Assembly (NCBI RefSeq): GCF_009914755.1
Contig: NC_060937.1
Reading direction: 5' to 3' (one strand)
DNA length: 64,000 nucleotides
DNA from: the human T2T-CHM13v2.0 reference genome, Homo sapiens
Positions 1-12,830 of this stretch are shown piece after piece. Under the pieces are notes generated by a model, which saw nothing but the letters and a program-made list of their open reading frames with translations, made no database searches and was not told where the DNA came from. Position numbers and translations under genes: made by a program. Position 1 is the stretch's first letter, and each line of letters opens with the position of its first letter.

Positions 1-2092
1 TTTACTATCTTCTTTTTGCATCATTTGTTCCCTGCCTTTCTGAAGAGAGGTTTGGATAATGAATCTGTTTTGGATTACTCCTGTGAATTTATATTTTATC
101 TATTCTGTTTCCTTAGACATGTGAAAGTTGTCAGACTACAAAGAGGATTTTTCACATGGACCAATGTGAACACATGATTTACTTGAAGCTGCAAGTAGCA
201 AGACCAGAAATATCTATAACAGTGCTTGTTCCCGCTGGAATGAACTAGATTGAACTGTAATTTTCCGTTTAATTTCATTCCTCGCATTTAGTGTAGTCAG
301 TCAGAATCCAAATCTAAATCGGTCTCAATCAAGTTTATATGCAGCAATTTGGCAGCTGAAGAAACATTATTCAAAACCCTAGTTGGCCATGCCTGTAGCA
401 TCTATTTCAACTGAAATGGAGACAAGAAACTTAGAGTAAAACTGTTCAAAATATTTCCTTTGTACGCATGAATAACCAAAATATTCTTAGACTAGAAATT
501 TGCAAGTAAATTCAAAAATATATATTTGTCAAATTTAGTGGGGAAAAAGTTCCCATTTTAGGAAAACATAATAAGCTACATTTTTCATTAGTGTTTTTTT
601 TTTTTTTGGCAGTCCCAACCTTATCTGGAGAACTAAAAATTATATATCAACTAAACTAAATGTCTTATTTACGTCATATATATTTGAAATATACTATTCT
701 AAAGTGAATCAATGAATCATGACATTGTACGATCTGGTTGTTCACAAAAGATTGCTTTTCAGAGGTTCATGATATCTATAGTACTTATTATTATTTTGAA
801 TTAAAAACATAAATAAAGCTATCGGTGCTTGACTTTCCCCATTTGCAAATTTAAAAGTGGAATTCCAATAACTTATTTGCCTATATTTAAGTTATATGAT
901 ACTCTGTGGTTCTTAAAGATTTTGCTAAATTATGTATTCCTCAAGGTAACTCTGTAAGATAGAGTCATTATCACTATTTTCATTCACTGGTGAGAAAATT
1001 AAAACACATGGGCATTAATTAATTTTTCTTATTCCTATCAATAATATAATTTCTATGCAGCCTTGGAATTTTCAATATCAACAATTGCCTTTAGGAGATG
1101 ACATGCAATGATTATTTATAAAATAGAAAGCATTGATATTAATATTGGACTTTTACGTATTTTCACCTCTAGAAATAATACCTCCATGCCTGGGTATTAC
1201 TTAGGTACACCTACATGTTTTAGCCTCTCTTTAAATTGTGCTTTGTTACACACTCACAACTCATTTGTTACTTCTTATTTACTTTTATATACTTGACAAC
1301 TTCTGAACAGAACTATCTATACATTTTTTTAATTGGATATTCCATTCAAATTTTGTGGTTTATGTCTGAAACAAAATATTTAAACAAGGATCATTTGACT
1401 TACTCTTTTCCAACTTGGATATACTTGATTTCTTTCTGTTGCCTAGTTGCTCTCGCTAGGTCCTCCCACACTATGTTAAATAAAAGTGGCAAAAGTGGGC
1501 ATCCTTGTCTTGTTCTAGATCTTAGGGGAAAGTCTTCAGTTTTTCCCTGTTTAGTACAATACTAGCTGTGGATTTGTCATCTATGACTTTTATTGTGTTG
1601 AGGTATATTTCTTCTATACCCAGTTTTTTGAGAGTTTTTAATCATGAAGAACTGTTGAATTTTATTGAATGCTTTTTTAGCATCAATTGAAATGGTCATA
1701 TGGTTGTGGTCCTTCATTCTGTTGATACCTTGTATCACATTTATTGCTTTGCATATGTTGAACCATGCCTGCATCCACGGGATGAAACTCACTTGATCAT
1801 GATGAATGATCATTTTAATGTGTTGAATTCATTTTCTAGTGTTGTGTTGAGAATTTTTGCAACTATGTTCATCAGATATATATTTGTTTGTTTTCTGCTC
1901 TTAGTCATTGTCTGGTTGTAGTATAAGGGTAATATTGGCCTGGTAGGATGTGTTTGGAAGTATTTCCTCCTCCTCAATTTTTAATAGTATGAGTAGGATG
2001 AGCATTAGTTCTTTAAATGTTTGGTAGAATTCAGCAGTGAAGCTATCAGGTCCTGGAATTTTCTTTAAATGAAGACGTTTTATCATTGCTTC

Positions 2093-2938
2093 TTAGAGGA
2101 ACAGAGACAGGGAAATATTGGGTAGAAGAGGGCAGTTCTTTGGCAAAGGCCCCACCCTCATGCCTGAAGACCCGTGGCCCTAAATGAGAACAGGCATTTC
2201 TGTTTTCACACCCAAAAAGTTGCCTTTTGGCCCACCACACACCCTATCCTTCCCTATATAAACCCTGAATCCCAAGCTCCAGATGAGACCCACAAGTGAG
2301 GAGAAGAGGAGGCAAGCAGATCAGCAGACCAGTGAACCAGCAGACCAGCCAATCAATGACAATGGAAAGATGCTGCAGAGAAAGAGAAAATAGAAGGGAT
2401 GTCTGGGAACTGAGGGGAGTTCACCCATGGGCCGTCAGAAAACAGTCAGCTGCTGGGTGGCCCAACTCCGGGGAAGACCACCTTCCCATTCCTTCACTCC
2501 TTCTGGCTCCCCATCCATCTCACTGAGGACCACCTGTACCACTCAATAAAACCCTGCATTCATCCTTTGAGCCTGAACATGATCTGATTCTTTGGGGACA
2601 TTGGGAAAGAGCTCAGAATACAGAAGGATGTCACACTGGCACACTGCCCTTGCGATAAGGCAGGATCCATTGAACTGATTAAAACACAAGCTGTCTGCAG
2701 ACAGTAAAGCTAAAGGAGCACACTTTAACACACGCCCTCTTGGGCTTAAGGAGTCGCAGACAGCCACCCCTAGAAGCTGCCAGAGGACTGAGAGCCCAAA
2801 GCACTCACCCTTGCCTCTGCATCTGCCCGACTGCATGCTCCCCCTAGGAGTTTGAGCTGTGGGGCAACAAAACAGGTGAGCCAGACCCCTCTTGCATGTC
2901 CTGTCCCTCAAGGGGAATCAGGGAAATCTCTCATTTTA
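2093..2938 (+). mobile_element. Solo ERV1 LTR, LTR1-type, inserted in L1
   Basis: Starts ...ACAGAGACAGGGAAATATTGGGTAGAAGAGGGCAG..GGCAAAGGCCCCACCCTCA and ends GGGGAATCAGGGAAATCTCTCATTTTA. TATAAA 2257-2262, AATAAA 2545-2550. 4-bp TSD CTTC at 2089-2092 and 2939-2942; L1 sequence is contiguous across it. Confidence 0.85.
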
Positions 2939-3079
2939 CTTCTATCTCATTACTTGTTATTGGTGTATTCATGTTTTGGATTTCTTCATGGGTCAATCTT
3001 GGTAGGTTGTATATGTCTAGGAATTTATTCTTTTATATCAGATTTTCCAATTTATTTGTATACATTAATAGTTGCTGTA

Positions 3080-3370
3080 GGCCAGGTGTGGTTACTCATG
3101 CTTGTAATCCCTCCACTTCAGGAGGCTGAGGTGGGTGGATCATCTGAGGTCAGGAGTTCAAGACCAGCCTGGCCAACATGGTGAAACCCCACCTCTACTA
3201 AAAATACAAAAATTAGCTGGGCATGGTGGCAGGCGCCAGTAATCCCAGCTACTCAAGAAGCTGAGGCAGGAGAATCGCTTGAACCCAGGAGGCGGAGGTC
3301 ATGGTGAGCCGAGATCGCACCATTACACTCCAGCCTGGGAAACAAGAGTGAAATTTCATTAAAAAATAAA
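3080..3370 (+). mobile_element. AluS (AluSq-like)
   Basis: GGCCAGGTGTGG start, central TACTAAAAATACAAAAATTAG linker, AACAAGAGTGAAA near the 3' end, A-rich tail. Confidence 0.95.
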
Positions 3371-3999
3371 AAAGGACTATTAGAGACTGTAACAGTCTCT
3401 AATAATCCTTTGAATTCCCAAGTTATCAGTTATAATGTCTCTTTTTTCATCTCTGGTTTTAATTATTTGGTCCTTATTTCCTTTTTCCTTTAGTCTGGCT
3501 CAAAGTTTGTTGATCTTTTAGAAAAAAACTTTTTGTTTTGCAGATCTTTTGTATTAGTCTCAATTTTATTTATTTCTCTTCTGATATTTATTATTTCTTT
3601 TCTTCTACTAATTTTGGATTTGTTTTTTTCTTGCATTAATAGTTTTTTAAGATACATAGAATATTTATTTGAAGTTTTTTAAAACTTTTTTTTTACATAG
3701 GTGTTTATTGCTATAAACTTCCCTCTTAGTACTGCTTTTGCGGTATGTGATAAGTTTTGGCATGTTGTGTTTCTATTTTCATTTGTTTAAAAAAATTTTT
3801 ATTTTTGTCCTAATTTCTTCATTAGCCCAATTTTCATTCAAGAGCACATTGTTTAATTTCCATTTGTTTGCAAAATTTCTAAAGTTCTCCTTGTTATTGA
3901 TTTCTAGTTTTATTCCATTGCGGTGAGAGAAGATATTTGATATGATTTTAATATTTTTGAATTTCTTAAGATATCTTTTGTGGCCTAATATGTGGTCTA

Positions 4000-4047
4000 G
4001 TTTTGAGAATGTTATATGTTTTGAGAATGTTATATGTTTTGAGAATG
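4000..4047. repeat. 18-bp tandem repeat x2.7 (GTTTTGAGAATGTTATAT) inside L1
   Basis: Units start at 4000, 4018 and 4036; visible as FSKHIT repeats in the ORF track. Confidence 0.9.
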
Positions 4048-4352
4048 CTGAGAAGAAGAATGTGTATTCTGCAGCTGTTGGATAAAATATTGTGTAAATT
4101 TCTATTAGGTCCATTTGGTCTATAGCACACATTAAGTCCACTGTTTGTTGATTTTCTGTATGGATGATACACCCAATGATTAAAGTGGGGTGTTGAAGAC
4201 CCTGCTATTATTGTAATATGCTGTATATCTCTTTTTAGCTCTAATAATATTTGTTTGATATATCTAGGTTCTCCAGTATTGAATGCATAGATATTTACAA
4301 TTGTTATCTCTTCTTGCTGAATTTATCCCTTTTTATTATATAATGACCTTTC

Positions 4353-5841
4353 AAACAGAACAGAGAACCCAGAAATGAATCCATGCATTTACAGACAGCT
4401 TATTTTTGACAAAGGTGTAAAAATTATACATTGGGGAATTGTCAGTCTCTTCAATAAACGTACTGTAAAATTAGATATCCATATGCTGAAGAATGTAACT
4501 AGACCCCTATCTCTCATTATATACAAAAATATAATCAAATGGATTTAAGGCCTCCACGTAAGACTTGAAACTGAAACTATTAGAAGAAAACATTGGGGAA
4601 ATACTGTAGGACATTGGTCTTAAAAACAATTTTTTAATATGAACTTAGAAGCACAGGCAACCAAAGCAAAAACAGACAAATGGGATCACATCAAGCTAAA
4701 AAGCTTCTGCACAGCAAAGGAAACAAACAAAGTAGAGAGATACCCACAGAATGGGAGAAAATATTTGCGAACTGCCTGTTTAACAAGGCATTTATAACCA
4801 GACTATATAAAGAGCTCAAACAACTCAATAGGAAAAAAAAATCTGATTAAAAATTGGTAAAAAGTCTAAATTGACATTTATCAAAACAACACATGCAAAT
4901 AGCCAACACGTATATTTATCAAATGCTCAACATTAATGATCAGAAAAATGCAAATCAAAAGTATAATGGGATATTATCTCACCCTAGTTAAAATTACTTT
5001 TATCCAAAGACAAGCAATAATTTATGCTGGTGAGGTTGTGCAGAAAATAAAATTCTTTCTCCTCTTACACTGTTGGTGAATGTAAATTAATACAGTCACT
5101 ATGGTAAACATTATGGGATTTCCTCAAAAAACTATAAATAGATCTACATATGATCCAGCAATTCCACTGTTGAGTATGTATCCAAAAGAAAGGAAGCCAG
5201 GCTATCAAAAAGATGTCTGTGATCCCATATTTATTGCAGCACTAGTCACAATAGCTAAGATATAGAATCAAGTTAAGTGTCCATCAGTGAATGAATGAAT
5301 AAAGAAAAGGTGGTACATATATACAATGCAACATTATTCAGCCATAAAAGTATTGAAATACTGTATGGAGCTGAAAGGTATTGTGTTAAGTGGCGTAAGC
5401 TAGGCACAGAAAGACAATTATCACATGTTCTCACTCTTTAGTGGGAGCTAAAAAAAAAATTGAATTCAATGAGAGAGAATGGCATGTTAGTTACCAGAAG
5501 CTAGAAAGAGCAGTGAGGAGTAGAGGATAAAGTGAGGATGGTTAACAGGCACAAAAATATAGTTAGCTACAATGAAAAAGGTCTACTCCTTGGTAGCACA
5601 ATATGACAACTATAATTAACAATAATACATTGTGTATTTTAAAATAACCAAAAGATTGAAATTGGACTGTTTCTAATCTTCCTAACACACAGAAAAATGG
5701 TAAATGTTTGAGGTGATTGATATCCCAATTACACTTATTTTATCATTATACAATGATGCCTACATCACAATATCACATTTACTCCATAAATATATACAAC
5801 TATTATGTATCCATAATGATATTTTAAATTTTTAAAAAATA
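4353..5841 (+). mobile_element. L1MA3/L1MA4-like ORF2 3' part plus 3' UTR (sense part of the twin-primed insertion)
   Basis: AACAGAACAGAGAACCCAGAAAT..., ATGGGATCACATCAAGCTAAAAAGCTTCTGCACAGC, and L1MA-type terminus CCATAAATATATACAACTATTATGTATCCATAAT followed by an A-rich tail. Confidence 0.92.
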
Positions 5842-6082
5842 AATCAAGATATTTATCTTTAAAATTTAGGCATTGTCAATGCTAAAAGGGAATGTAAAGA
5901 ATAGTTAATATTTACATTATGAATGCATATTAAGTTTCATTATAATAACATCAAAATACAAATTTTAATGAAAATTAAAACTTATAATGTACATAATTTT
6001 ACAAAAGATACATAAAATTTACAAAAAATAATGCAATTTAATAAAATTTTATAAAAGACTACAAATCAATGAAATATTCATT

Positions 6083-6145
6083 TCACATGAACCCCATAAA
6101 TATGTGCCACTATTATGTATTCATAAGTAAAAATTTAAAAATTCA
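6083..6145 (+). mobile_element. Short L1MA 3'-terminal fragment
   Basis: TCACATGAACCCCATAAATATGTGCCACTATTATGTATTCATAAGTAAAAATT resembles the terminus at about 5772-5830. Confidence 0.7.
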
Positions 6146-6470
6146 AAAATTAGTGATGTTTACAAATAGGGACTTTAAAAGTAATGCAACCCAACAACGT
6201 TTCTTAAAATTATAACATCTTTGTAAATTTCAATCACACTATTACACAATATTTGTCAAGTTAAAAGTGATATTTTATTCCCTTAAAGCTTACATAACTG
6301 ATAAATTTTCTAGATATATTTTGAAAAAAATAACAAATTAACACATTTTTAGGAAATACTTTGGTTAGCAGGGCCTTTAGCTTTAATTATTTGTATTCTA
6401 CAAATGTAGACTATGGAGAGAAATTTAGGAAGAATGCAACATATTACTAAGCATAGTGACCAGCTTTTAA

Positions 6471-6945
6471 AATAGATCTCTTGAATTTATTTTTCTTAAT
6501 GGAAATTTTTTATCCTTTGACCAACATCTGCCCAATCCTCTGTTCCCCAACCACCTCAGTCCTTGGTAACCACCAGCCTACTCTAGTTCTAGGAGATCAA
6601 CTTTTTAGATTCCACACATGAGTGAGATCATGCACTATTTTTCTTTCTATGCCTTGGTCATTTCACTTAACGTCCTCCAGGTTCACATATATTGTTGCAA
6701 ATGACAGAATTTCCTTCTTCATTATAGCTAAATAGTATTCCCTTGGGTGCATATATTGTATTCCTGAAAAATGCTAATAGGGTGCATGTAAAGTGTTCTC
6801 ACCACAAAAACAATAACTAAGTGAGGTAATGTGCATGTTACTTAGCTAGGTTGAGTCATTCCACAATATTTATATACTGCAAAACATCATGCTGTACACA
6901 GTAAATACATACAATTTTACCTGTCACCTCAAAAGTAATTAAATT
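6471..6945 (+). mobile_element. L1MA6/L1MA7-like 3' end with 5' inversion (about 6471-6752 antisense, about 6752-6945 sense)
   Basis: Antisense part: TTTTTAGATTCCACACATGAGTGAGATCATGC...CATTTCACTTAAC. Sense part: AAGTGTTCTCACCACAAAAAC...AAAACATCATGCTGTACACAGTAAATACATACAATTTT. Confidence 0.85.
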
Positions 6946-8127
6946 TATAAAAATCAGGGATAATTTCTTCTCTGAAAATAAGAAGTTAATCATATCTTTC
7001 AGAGACTGACAAATTCTTCCTAGAGCTGATTTTAGAAGATTGGGTATAAATATTTAGCTCTTCTTTTTGGAGTGGGTATGCTAAGAGGGTATTCAGATAT
7101 CAGAAGATCCTTACAGATACAGGTTGCCTTCCATTATTTTTCCTTCTCCCCTCTGTGGTCATATTCTGAGAAGGGGAGTTAAAATTCAGGTGTAATGCTT
7201 CTATGGAGACAAATGAGCTACTCATTTTGGCTAACCCTTTGGGAACATATGTGATTAAACTTTATCAGTGGAGGAAAACTGTGTGACTTCAGTAATTTCT
7301 CTTTATTATTCTTTTACTCCTCTCCTTAAGGTGGGGAGATTAGAGAGCAGATATATTTCCAGAGTGCCACTGAAGGCTATAACGGGAATTAAACAACCCA
7401 CAACACTCTTGGAGGAAAAGCTGTTTAAAGCTTCACTGAGGAATCTTGGCCTCTACCCAGTATTTAGTGATGGCAGGACAGAAAAATGGTGGAGTGGGAG
7501 GTTGTGGCAGAGTGTAGTGGCAGCAGAGAGTTACTCATTAGGAGGCAAGACATGAAGTCGTGTGATGACCAAGACATCTGGGGGGCAGTGGTTTGTCTTC
7601 TGAATCCTGAAAGCACCAGAACTCTTGTGATAAATAACAAGGGGGATTTTAAAGCTTTACTTTCATTAGCTTGACCAAGTCATTGCACTCATTGGTTACT
7701 ATAATGAATGAGTGAAGGAGTTTAGCATCAGAGATAATAAGTAACAGTGTCATTAAATGAGAAAATTGTTGAATTATTAGTGTTAGGGCTGAACAATCTC
7801 TACCATTTTCTCAAAGTGAAAAGTTAATGAACATACAGTGATTATTTACAAGTCCTTGGAGAAGAAATTGAATTGCTTCCATATTATCAGAAAAGTGCTT
7901 CTGCAGGACAGTTAGGAGGAGGCAAGAGATAAAAGAGAGTGTCTCCTGGCCAATAAAGGACAAGGATAACAGTGAGTTGCAAAGTTTGGAAGCTATTTTT
8001 TTTTAAATACAGTTTGAAGTAGGTCTTGATTTCTTTAGGTCAGGGTGACTAAGATTGGGCAGAGTGAATTCATTACACTCTCACAGGAGGGCTTGTTTTT
8101 AACAACTGTTATTTATCAATGAAAAGA

Positions 8128-8300
8128 ATAATAATTAACATATTCATTGTTTACTGAGCATCACGCAATGTTTGCAGCACTTCACTTAAATGAACTCACT
8201 TAGTCTTCACAGAAAACATGTGGTAGACTTACCAGTTGCTACCACTATTCCTGAATTAGAGGGAAGGAAACTGCAATAGAAAAAAATTTATGCGACTTGA
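8128..8300 (-). mobile_element. MIR remnant
   Basis: Degenerate TTTACTGAGCA...AACTCACTTAGTCTTCACAG...GGAAGGAAACTG core. Confidence 0.5.
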
Positions 8301-8536
8301 GTCTGATACTTGAGTCTCTAATCAACTAGCAGAACTAGTTCCAAATCTTGTTCAGTTAATTACTGTTAGAAGGGTTTGGTGGCTTATTTAAACATTGTGT
8401 TTTTATATGCAAAACTGTTAACCACACTTAAAAAATAAATTCTAAGATTGTATTCTTAAAGTAATTCAATGTTTTAAATAGGAAATAGCATATTATTATC
8501 TATTGGAAATTAATCTATGTGGGTTTGTGGTTGTCC

Positions 8537-8620
8537 TTGTTGTTGTTGGCAGGGTCTGGCTCCATCACCCAGGCTAGAGTGCAGTGGCACAATCTCAGCT
8601 CACTGCAATCTCCATCTACC
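8537..8620 (-). mobile_element. Alu fragment (AluJ-like 3' portion)
   Basis: CAGGGTCTGGCTCCATCACCCAGGCTAGAGTGCAGTGGCACAATCTCAGCTCACTGCAA with a degenerate (TTG)n tail. Confidence 0.85.
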
Positions 8621-8889
8621 TAGCTATTTACTAAAATAACTAATCTTGCTACATTTGGAGATGTTTTCTATCAGTGATTCCAGCATGAATAATTTATAAA
8701 CACACAATGAAATGAAAATTATTCTTCCAAGATAAGAGTAAACATGTGAAATAACTTGTTTCTGTATAAAATTACCAAATCAATCATTGAGCTGATCTAA
8801 CTAATTTTGCAAATAAATATAGTCTGAGGCTACTTGACTTGCACAAGTTCACTCAGGGTTTTTTTAAGGAAACGGCATACAGAGGATTT

Positions 8890-9480
8890 CAACCTGTCTT
8901 TTGTTGTATATTTGGGTTGTTTTCAGTCATTTTCTATAAGAAATATACAGGAACTAAACTGTTGTACATGTCTAAATGTATTATTGAAAATGCATGTTAG
9001 AAATATATTCCTGAAATACTTTTGCTGGTTGAAAATGTGAATGCCTATGTCGTTTTGCAAGATTTTGTCAAATCTCTCTTCGCAGTGCTTCTATTATTTT
9101 GCATTTAGACAAGAGATACATGAATTTATTCATTTAACCACAAGTTTCCCGACAGAATATATTATCAAATTATTGCATTTTTGTCAATGTCATAGATAAT
9201 TAATGGGACCTTAGAATATTTTACTATGCTCAATTCTAATTAAAAGAAGGATTCAACATTATTTTATATATTAGGAATATTTACATATCTCTGTGTTTGT
9301 GTGTGTATGTGGGTGTTTGTATGAAACTGCTGTTTATCTTGTGATTATTTATTAGATTGTTGGTCTTGTTCTTATTTATATTGTAGAAACTCTTTATATA
9401 GAATTGTTCAATATGTGTTATACAATTTTTCAGTATTTTCCAGGACTTGTCTCACTTTTTTTGTTGTACTTCACAAGTAC
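8890..9480 (-). mobile_element. Ancient L1M (L1ME-like) fragment
   Basis: ATTTGGGTTGTTTTCAG... and other degenerate antisense L1 3' motifs. Confidence 0.5.
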
Positions 9481-9789
9481 TTGTCAATCTTTTCAATCAT
9501 AGGACAACTTTTGACTCATAGGATAATTTTTCAACAAATTAAAAATTAGGTTTTTCCCCATATTTTAAGATGCACTTTTCTTATATGCAACTTTTCCACA
9601 TATTTCAAAATAGATCTTATCAGCTCTATTTCCTAGATATTTTATAAAGGCTGTTATGATGGATGATATATGCTCTAGGTGCAAGCTGATAGCAAAGTTG
9701 CAATACAAACTTCTGTTTCTCTAACTACAATATTTATGTACTTTATAAAATTACAAAAGAAATTCATAGTTCTTATGAACCTGACAATT

Positions 9790-9945
9790 GTCTAGCTATT
9801 TTACATGTATTAATTAATTTAATACTGTCTAGACCCTGTGAAGTAGGTACTGTTATCCTACTCACTTTGCAGATTCGAAAACTGAGACTTTTAGAGCCAC
9901 AGATTGAGTGCAGATAGCCAGAGTCATTTTTCTAAACCACTACAA
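9790..9945 (-). mobile_element. MIR
   Basis: CCCTGTGAAGTAGGTACTGTTATCC...TTTGCAGATTCGAAAACTGAGACT core. Confidence 0.75.
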
Positions 9946-10269
9946 CTCACCATATTTCACACTGTTCAGACTGCAACCATTCTACAAGCTTAGATTTCTT
10001 CAGGTCTTAAAATACTTATCATTTAAATCTGAATATGACATGTAAAATATTAAATATTGTACCCACCCACTTAATTCAAAAAATATCAAGCAATATTGCA
10101 CTGATTTTATTAAACTTATTAAATATAAATTTCATGCTATTTTAGTATTTCATGTTTTCTACAAATGGTATTATTTAACTGTAGCATGATATTATCAGCA
10201 ATAGCAAAAATAGCCTATTTATGAATGTCTTCTATTTGTATAATCACTAAAATCATATCTGTCATATTG

Positions 10270-10500
10270 AGAAGCCATGAAGAAAAGTAGTTAAAACTGC
10301 TAGCTTGAAATCAGCTTGAATACAATATGTACTCAACTGCTTAATTATTGTTGTAGTCACAGGCATATTTATTGCTTTAAATTTTAGTTTCCTTCTCACT
10401 TGAATGGGGAAGAAAATAGTCTTTTTATTTTTTCTCTGAAATTAAATAAAATATCAGAAATGCTTTACACAAAAATGCTATGCACATTTTAGCTAGTATT
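10270..10500 (+). mobile_element. MIR remnant
   Basis: GTAGTTAAAACTGCTAGCTTGAAATCAG...TTAGTTTCCTTCTCACTTGAATGGGGAAGAAAATAG. Confidence 0.55.
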
Positions 10501-12489
10501 ATTTCAAAAAGAGCTAGCCATTTTCTATACAAAGAGCAAAACAATACAAATTAACTACATGTTAAAAACAAATATAAAATAACCAATGGATTTGCATTCA
10601 CTATCTCTAATGAACTAAAATGAAAGTCAAAATAAATTTTACATGTGATTAGGCATGAGAAATAAAGCATGCTGCTCTGATAATCGGGTTTGGAGACAAC
10701 ATAGAACTATGGTATCTTTTTGGCATCAGTGAAATTGACACTGAGCAAAACTAAGAAACTAATGGGAGAAACACAGTGAGTGATGAGAGAGTGAATGAGA
10801 AGAGATTGTCTTCTCATTATCCTCACCTGCCAGAGTTGGCTTGCAGTCGTGAAGGAGGCAGACACATGTGGAGGAAAAAAATGTTATCTCCTAAAAAAAA
10901 ATCCAATTAGGTAACAATGGAAAATAAAATGAGAGAAAAATAGGAAAATATGTATGGAATTTATTCTAACTCTTTAGTAGTCACAATGAAAAATAAAAGC
11001 ATATTGTATAAGTTACCCAATTCTTACTTTTTAGTCATCTTTGAACTTCTTGGAATAACTTCATAAAAATAAGAAAAACAAGTCTGTTGACTTTCCACAA
11101 TTAAAATAAGCTACTTGTATATTATAGTATTTTGGGGATCTCTTAGGAATTTTATTCTGATATTAATTTCTTTCCCATTAACTTGTTCACACTGAAATTC
11201 TAATGTCTTTCACTCTTTTGGGTTGAGAAGCTCAATTTGAGAGTATGAATATTAGCTTGGAGACATATTATATTACATCAAACTTTTTGATGGTTAATAA
11301 TTATGGTTGCACAATTAATCTGTTGTCTGTTTTATATTCTCAACCTTCATCTGAATCACATGAGTCTACACTTTTGGCTTTCAGAAAAACAAACAAGCAC
11401 ATATGACATTCAATATTTACAACCTACATAGCATCTTAAGAATTATCCCTATAGCAACACATTAACATTTCTGCAGCTATAAATGATCACACTAAGTGAG
11501 ACATATAAAGAACATAAGTAGTCTTAAATTGGTTTTCTTCAGGTTTTCTGCTAAGTAACTGTATTATGGTTTTCAGAAATTTTTGGATTCTGTAAGTATG
11601 AATAAGTTAATGCCTTTAAGCTACTTAGCTACATTAGGTAGCTAGTTATACAGATGTTGAAGTAAAAGGCATTAGTGAACATGAAAGTGAATACAACGCA
11701 CTCCAAGCTATTTGGAGAACAAGCCCAGAAAGTGGTTTCAGAAACATCAGAACCTATCGCCATCATCATGAACATTTTCTTCGTTTTTCCTTTGCAAAGT
11801 TGTTATAAAGAAAATTTTTGGTAAATCTAAGTATACAAAATGGATCTTATTACATAAAAAATAAATAGTCCAAAGTTGCAACTCAAACATAGAAGTACTC
11901 ATAATTATGACATGATTACATGGACTATCACAAATGTGACTAGATTAGAGAATTTTAAAAGTCTTAAAAATCCTAATTATAATCTCATCTAATATTATGA
12001 CAAAATTTCCTTATGGAATATCTCATTTCAGTTTAAATGGCCCAATAAAGTATATCAGAAGTGTTTATTTTTGTGGAAAAATTAATTAATCTTAGTTTAA
12101 AACATGTAAGAACCTTATGCATATTTCAGATTTCAAACCACTACTTTCTGCTATCCAGTTTTATAGAGTAACCCTAGACAAGTTGCAACACATTTAATTA
12201 ACTTTATGTTGCTTCACTAAAATAGGGATGTGGTCTGTTCCTTTATATCCTACTTGTAATGAAAGCATGTGAATTTATAACAGAATGTTTATTTTATAAA
12301 ATAAACACATATGAATATGTATTACTTAGCAATGGCTTTTGATCTGCTTCATGGCTGATAGGGCAAGAACATTATGTAATAATATATTCTGTTTTCTACT
12401 CTTATTTGATTAATGTGGCATATGAATATAGTTATTTTATTAAAAGTTATAATTTAATGACCTTCATTTGATTATTTTTGAAATGTGAT

Positions 12490-12830
12490 GTGCATAAATA
12501 ATATGAATTCTTTCATACACACTAGTGCTAGTAAATTTGTGGAACTGCTTTAAAGAAGAATGACACTTATACAAATTCAAATAATTTGACTTTGAATTTT
12601 GAATAATTTATTTAAACTGGAATTGTCAAATAAGTGTGCAGAGACATATGCTTGACGATGTTCATTGATGCATTATATACAATGGCAAATATGTACATAT
12701 AAGGTGAACTTTTATCATAAAGAGTATGACTAAATAAATATTCTTAAGGCAATATTATTTGTAGCTAGTAACTAACATAGTGTGAATCTGTAAATACTGA
12801 TAAGGTAAGGATGCCTATAAAATATTGTTC
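12490..12830 (+). mobile_element. Ancient L1ME-like fragment
   Basis: TCATACACACTAGTG...GATGTTCATTGATGCATTAT-type L1 3' ORF2 motifs. Confidence 0.5.

Larger units (their letters stand above)
1382..4350 (-). mobile_element. L1 (L1MA-type) ORF2 segment, inverted 5' part of a twin-primed insertion; interrupted by an LTR and an Alu
   Basis: Minus-strand ORF pieces match L1 ORF2: [26 protein letters not shown]...[13 protein letters not shown] (RT region, 1577-1813), PGPDSFTAEFYQTFKE (1901-2086), DQMDLIEIYTIFYPTAAEYTFF...LDHILGHK (endonuclease, 3779-4141). Many stops and frameshifts. Confidence 0.95.
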
